Made by a program: the position numbers and the translations under genes. Shown here piece by piece: positions 61,641 to 64,000 of a stretch of DNA of 64,000 nt. The stretch is from NCBI GenBank assembly GCA_964234715.1, contig OZ174286.1. One strand, written 5' to 3'. Source of the DNA: Podarcis melisellensis. Lineage: Eukaryota. Below the pieces are notes generated by a model. That model had not been told where the DNA came from and searched no databases. It saw only the letters and a list, made by a program, of their open reading frames with translations. How positions within the stretch are numbered: the first letter of the stretch is position 1; every line of letters begins with the position of its first letter.

Positions 61641-63024
61641 TGGGGGCATGGAGTTGAGCCACCTGGGTGGCTGCAGGTGGTGTGTGTTTTCCTTTCCAGT
61701 CAATATTTCACCACTACTATGCAGCCTCCCTGGCTGTCCACACTTCCTGATCTGAAAAAGGCCCATGGGAGAAGTTGCCTTGTTACATCTTCCTCAGAGT
61801 TTTCATCGAAGCATGGGGAATCCATGGAAGCTGGCTGGAGAACACTTGAGGTTGGTGTCGTCCATAATTATTTAGTGGGGAGAAGTCGTTATTCCTAAAA
61901 CTTTTATTAACTGTTCTATTTAAAAATAAAAAGACTTCACCTTTAAAAAATGGGGAAAAGCCTCAGACACATAAGAGGTAGTCTCTCCACCTACTTGTGC
62001 TTCCAGAAAAACCCAGCTAAGGACACCATAATAGAGTGACCATAATAGAGTGATGGATCGATTGGGCACCTAGGCAGGCTGCAGAATGCTGACCTCTGTA
62101 GAGATGCTTTGTAGCATGAAAGACAGGACCCTCTCAAACACCCTTTGACCATCTCCAAAGTAAGTCAAGTGCAACAGCAACAGGATTTTGAATCCTACCT
62201 ATATGGATTTCATCAGATTTTTCTCTTCTCTTTCATGGTTTCTCAGTGTTATTTCTTTTCTCATTGATTGATGGAGGATGGTTACAGTGCTTTGGGGGGG
62301 GCGGTACTCAAGAGTATGCAGTACAGGCACCTGTAGGGGACATTTTAGGCATAGCGCTAGTGGCTGAATCACACATTTTGTAGTACAGCACACCACCGAG
62401 AAGCAGATACAAGCTTATTGACAATGGTAGCAGCCAGGAAGATTATGTAGCATCTTCCTTATGTGTGTGGCCACTTTAAACCACTAACACAGGAGGGGGG
62501 GCCTCTGCAGTGCTTTTAGCAAAACAAATGCACCAGATTGAATTTGAAATAACAGATGATAGGGATTTGGACCACTAATTAGCTGTGTATTTTTATCCAC
62601 TCATATATTTAAGGAGAACAGAGTGTATAACCTGTCAATAACGCAGTAGCATTAATTCTTTATATTCTTTTAGAGTGCTTGCCAAGTACCTAGATGCCGC
62701 TAGCTATTCTATGGAACAGGATTAATCTATCTTTCTTTTTCTTTTTTTCTTGGCCCTGTGTTTTTTTTCCACAGGAGAAAAAAAAAAGACTTTAATTCCT
62801 TCCAGGTTAGGTTCAGATTTGTTTGAACCTAGCACACTGTCTGGGCACATCTCATTTGCTCAGGCTTGACGGGACCTTGGCAATGTGCTGTTAAAAGGTG
62901 TAAGAAATGTATACAGGGGTTAAAAAAAAGTGTTAAATAATGCAACTTTCCAGGTCAACAAAAGTACAAAGTTCGCAGAAAGTATTTCAAGGTCCTTTTG
63001 GTACTGGTGCACTTAGGTAATGTG

Positions 63025-63260
63025 CAGTGATGAATGGTGCTCATTGGAACTGATGGGGACAGGTAGGGAGGTCAAGAGTCGGCGGCGCCAGAGCCAATGA
63101 TAGGCAGTTCCAACTAATTCTAGGGTTGTCCCCATCCTCCTCTCTATTGAGATCTACAAAGGGAACACTGAGACTAAGTAGGAGGAAGTCGACAGACAGT
63201 TCCACCCTCTGTAACAGGCCAACTGAGGATAGACTTGCCCAATGGATCAGCCTTCCACTG
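63025..63260. mobile_element. Old hAT-like element
   Basis: Degenerate TIRs cagtgatgaatggtgctcattgg / ccaatggatcagccttccactg. Flanks gtaatgtg / gtgatttg. Confidence 0.5.
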
Positions 63261-64000
63261 GTGATTTGACATTCTGGACTTAATGGTGCTACAAAGGCCC
63301 TCCTTTGAAATGGTAAATTATTTCACTTATTTCAAAATATGGCCATCCCACTGCATTTGGGGGTGCTTCTGATTGGGCCATGGGCTTTTGCTCTCATGTC
63401 TTGGTGATAATGGTTAAGTTTAAAGCATTGTTTGTGTTTTCACAGACACTTGTCTATAGCTTTTTCTTAGTGTTTAGTTTGCTGTGTCATCAGAAGTGCT
63501 TCAGCCCTACTTATATGGTCATCATCTTCTACGCATTTCCAGCAGCACTGCGGCACCAACCACATTGCACCAGATTTGACATTCTGGAAGGTAATGTATG
63601 CTGTGCCTTAGTTCATGAGAATGGTGATCATCTGGTGATACCAAAATTACTAGCCTGATAAAATGGACAGGGTATACTTTAACATGGCATTGCGTAGATT
63701 GATGTAGAGAGATGAGGTAGAATTCATCGATGCATTTTAAAAATCCAGTTCTTCAGATTACGAAACAGGGGGGGAAATACATTTGGGTCATTTTATAATT
63801 ATCCTTCTAATCATTTTGCAATTGAAATTACATATCCAAATGTCACCTCACAAGGCAAATAGGCTGTGAAATACTTCTTTAAGTGCCTCAGGTAATTTAT
63901 TGCTAATTAAGTTATATGTCACCTATTGAAGAGGGTTTTCGGGGAGATCAAAGGCAAGTTTCGTGCTGATGCTGTACACCAAAGTCCAAAATTAGAATTA

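Noticed and set aside
60368-61898. Poly-Ile/Asn/Tyr ORFs (also at 2683 and 34126)
   Set aside because: Translations of (AAT)n microsatellites.
62025-62052. 14-bp tandem duplication accataatagagtg x2
   Set aside because: Ordinary slippage or repair duplication with no further structure.
1-64000. CRISPR arrays, operons or other prokaryotic systems
   Set aside because: The sequence is clearly vertebrate, and there is no regularly spaced repeat-spacer array.

Overview
Vertebrate non-coding DNA, very probably from a squamate and likely a lacertid lizard. The inference rests on Sauria SINEs, Bov-B, CR1, L2 and squamate-type tRNA SINEs. I found no recognisable host protein-coding exon, rRNA or true tRNA, so the window reads as a gene desert or large intron. 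Every ORF with recognisable protein content is a retroelement fragment: L2, CR1, Bov-B RT, RTE and Penelope GIY-YIG. The window is densely layered with nested LINE fragments, SINEs, TA-target Tc1/mariner MITEs, 8-bp-TSD hAT MITEs and a solo LTR, with several TE-free blocks that look like enhancers. Highlights: (1) a young Penelope-like element at 56972-58563 inserted in (TA)n, with ~0.5-kb near-identical inverted pseudo-LTRs, each carrying a minimal hammerhead ribozyme that overlaps the ORF stop codon, plus a long low-complexity ORF tail with repeated TRS motifs; (2) an isolated 96-nt hairpin at 51185-51280 whose only arm differences are G-U wobbles on the + strand; (3) an RTE insertion with twin-priming-like inversion; (4) two Sauria SINEs stacked in one triplicated target site; (5) an old ~0.8-kb local duplication. 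Family names come from pattern recognition, not database searches.
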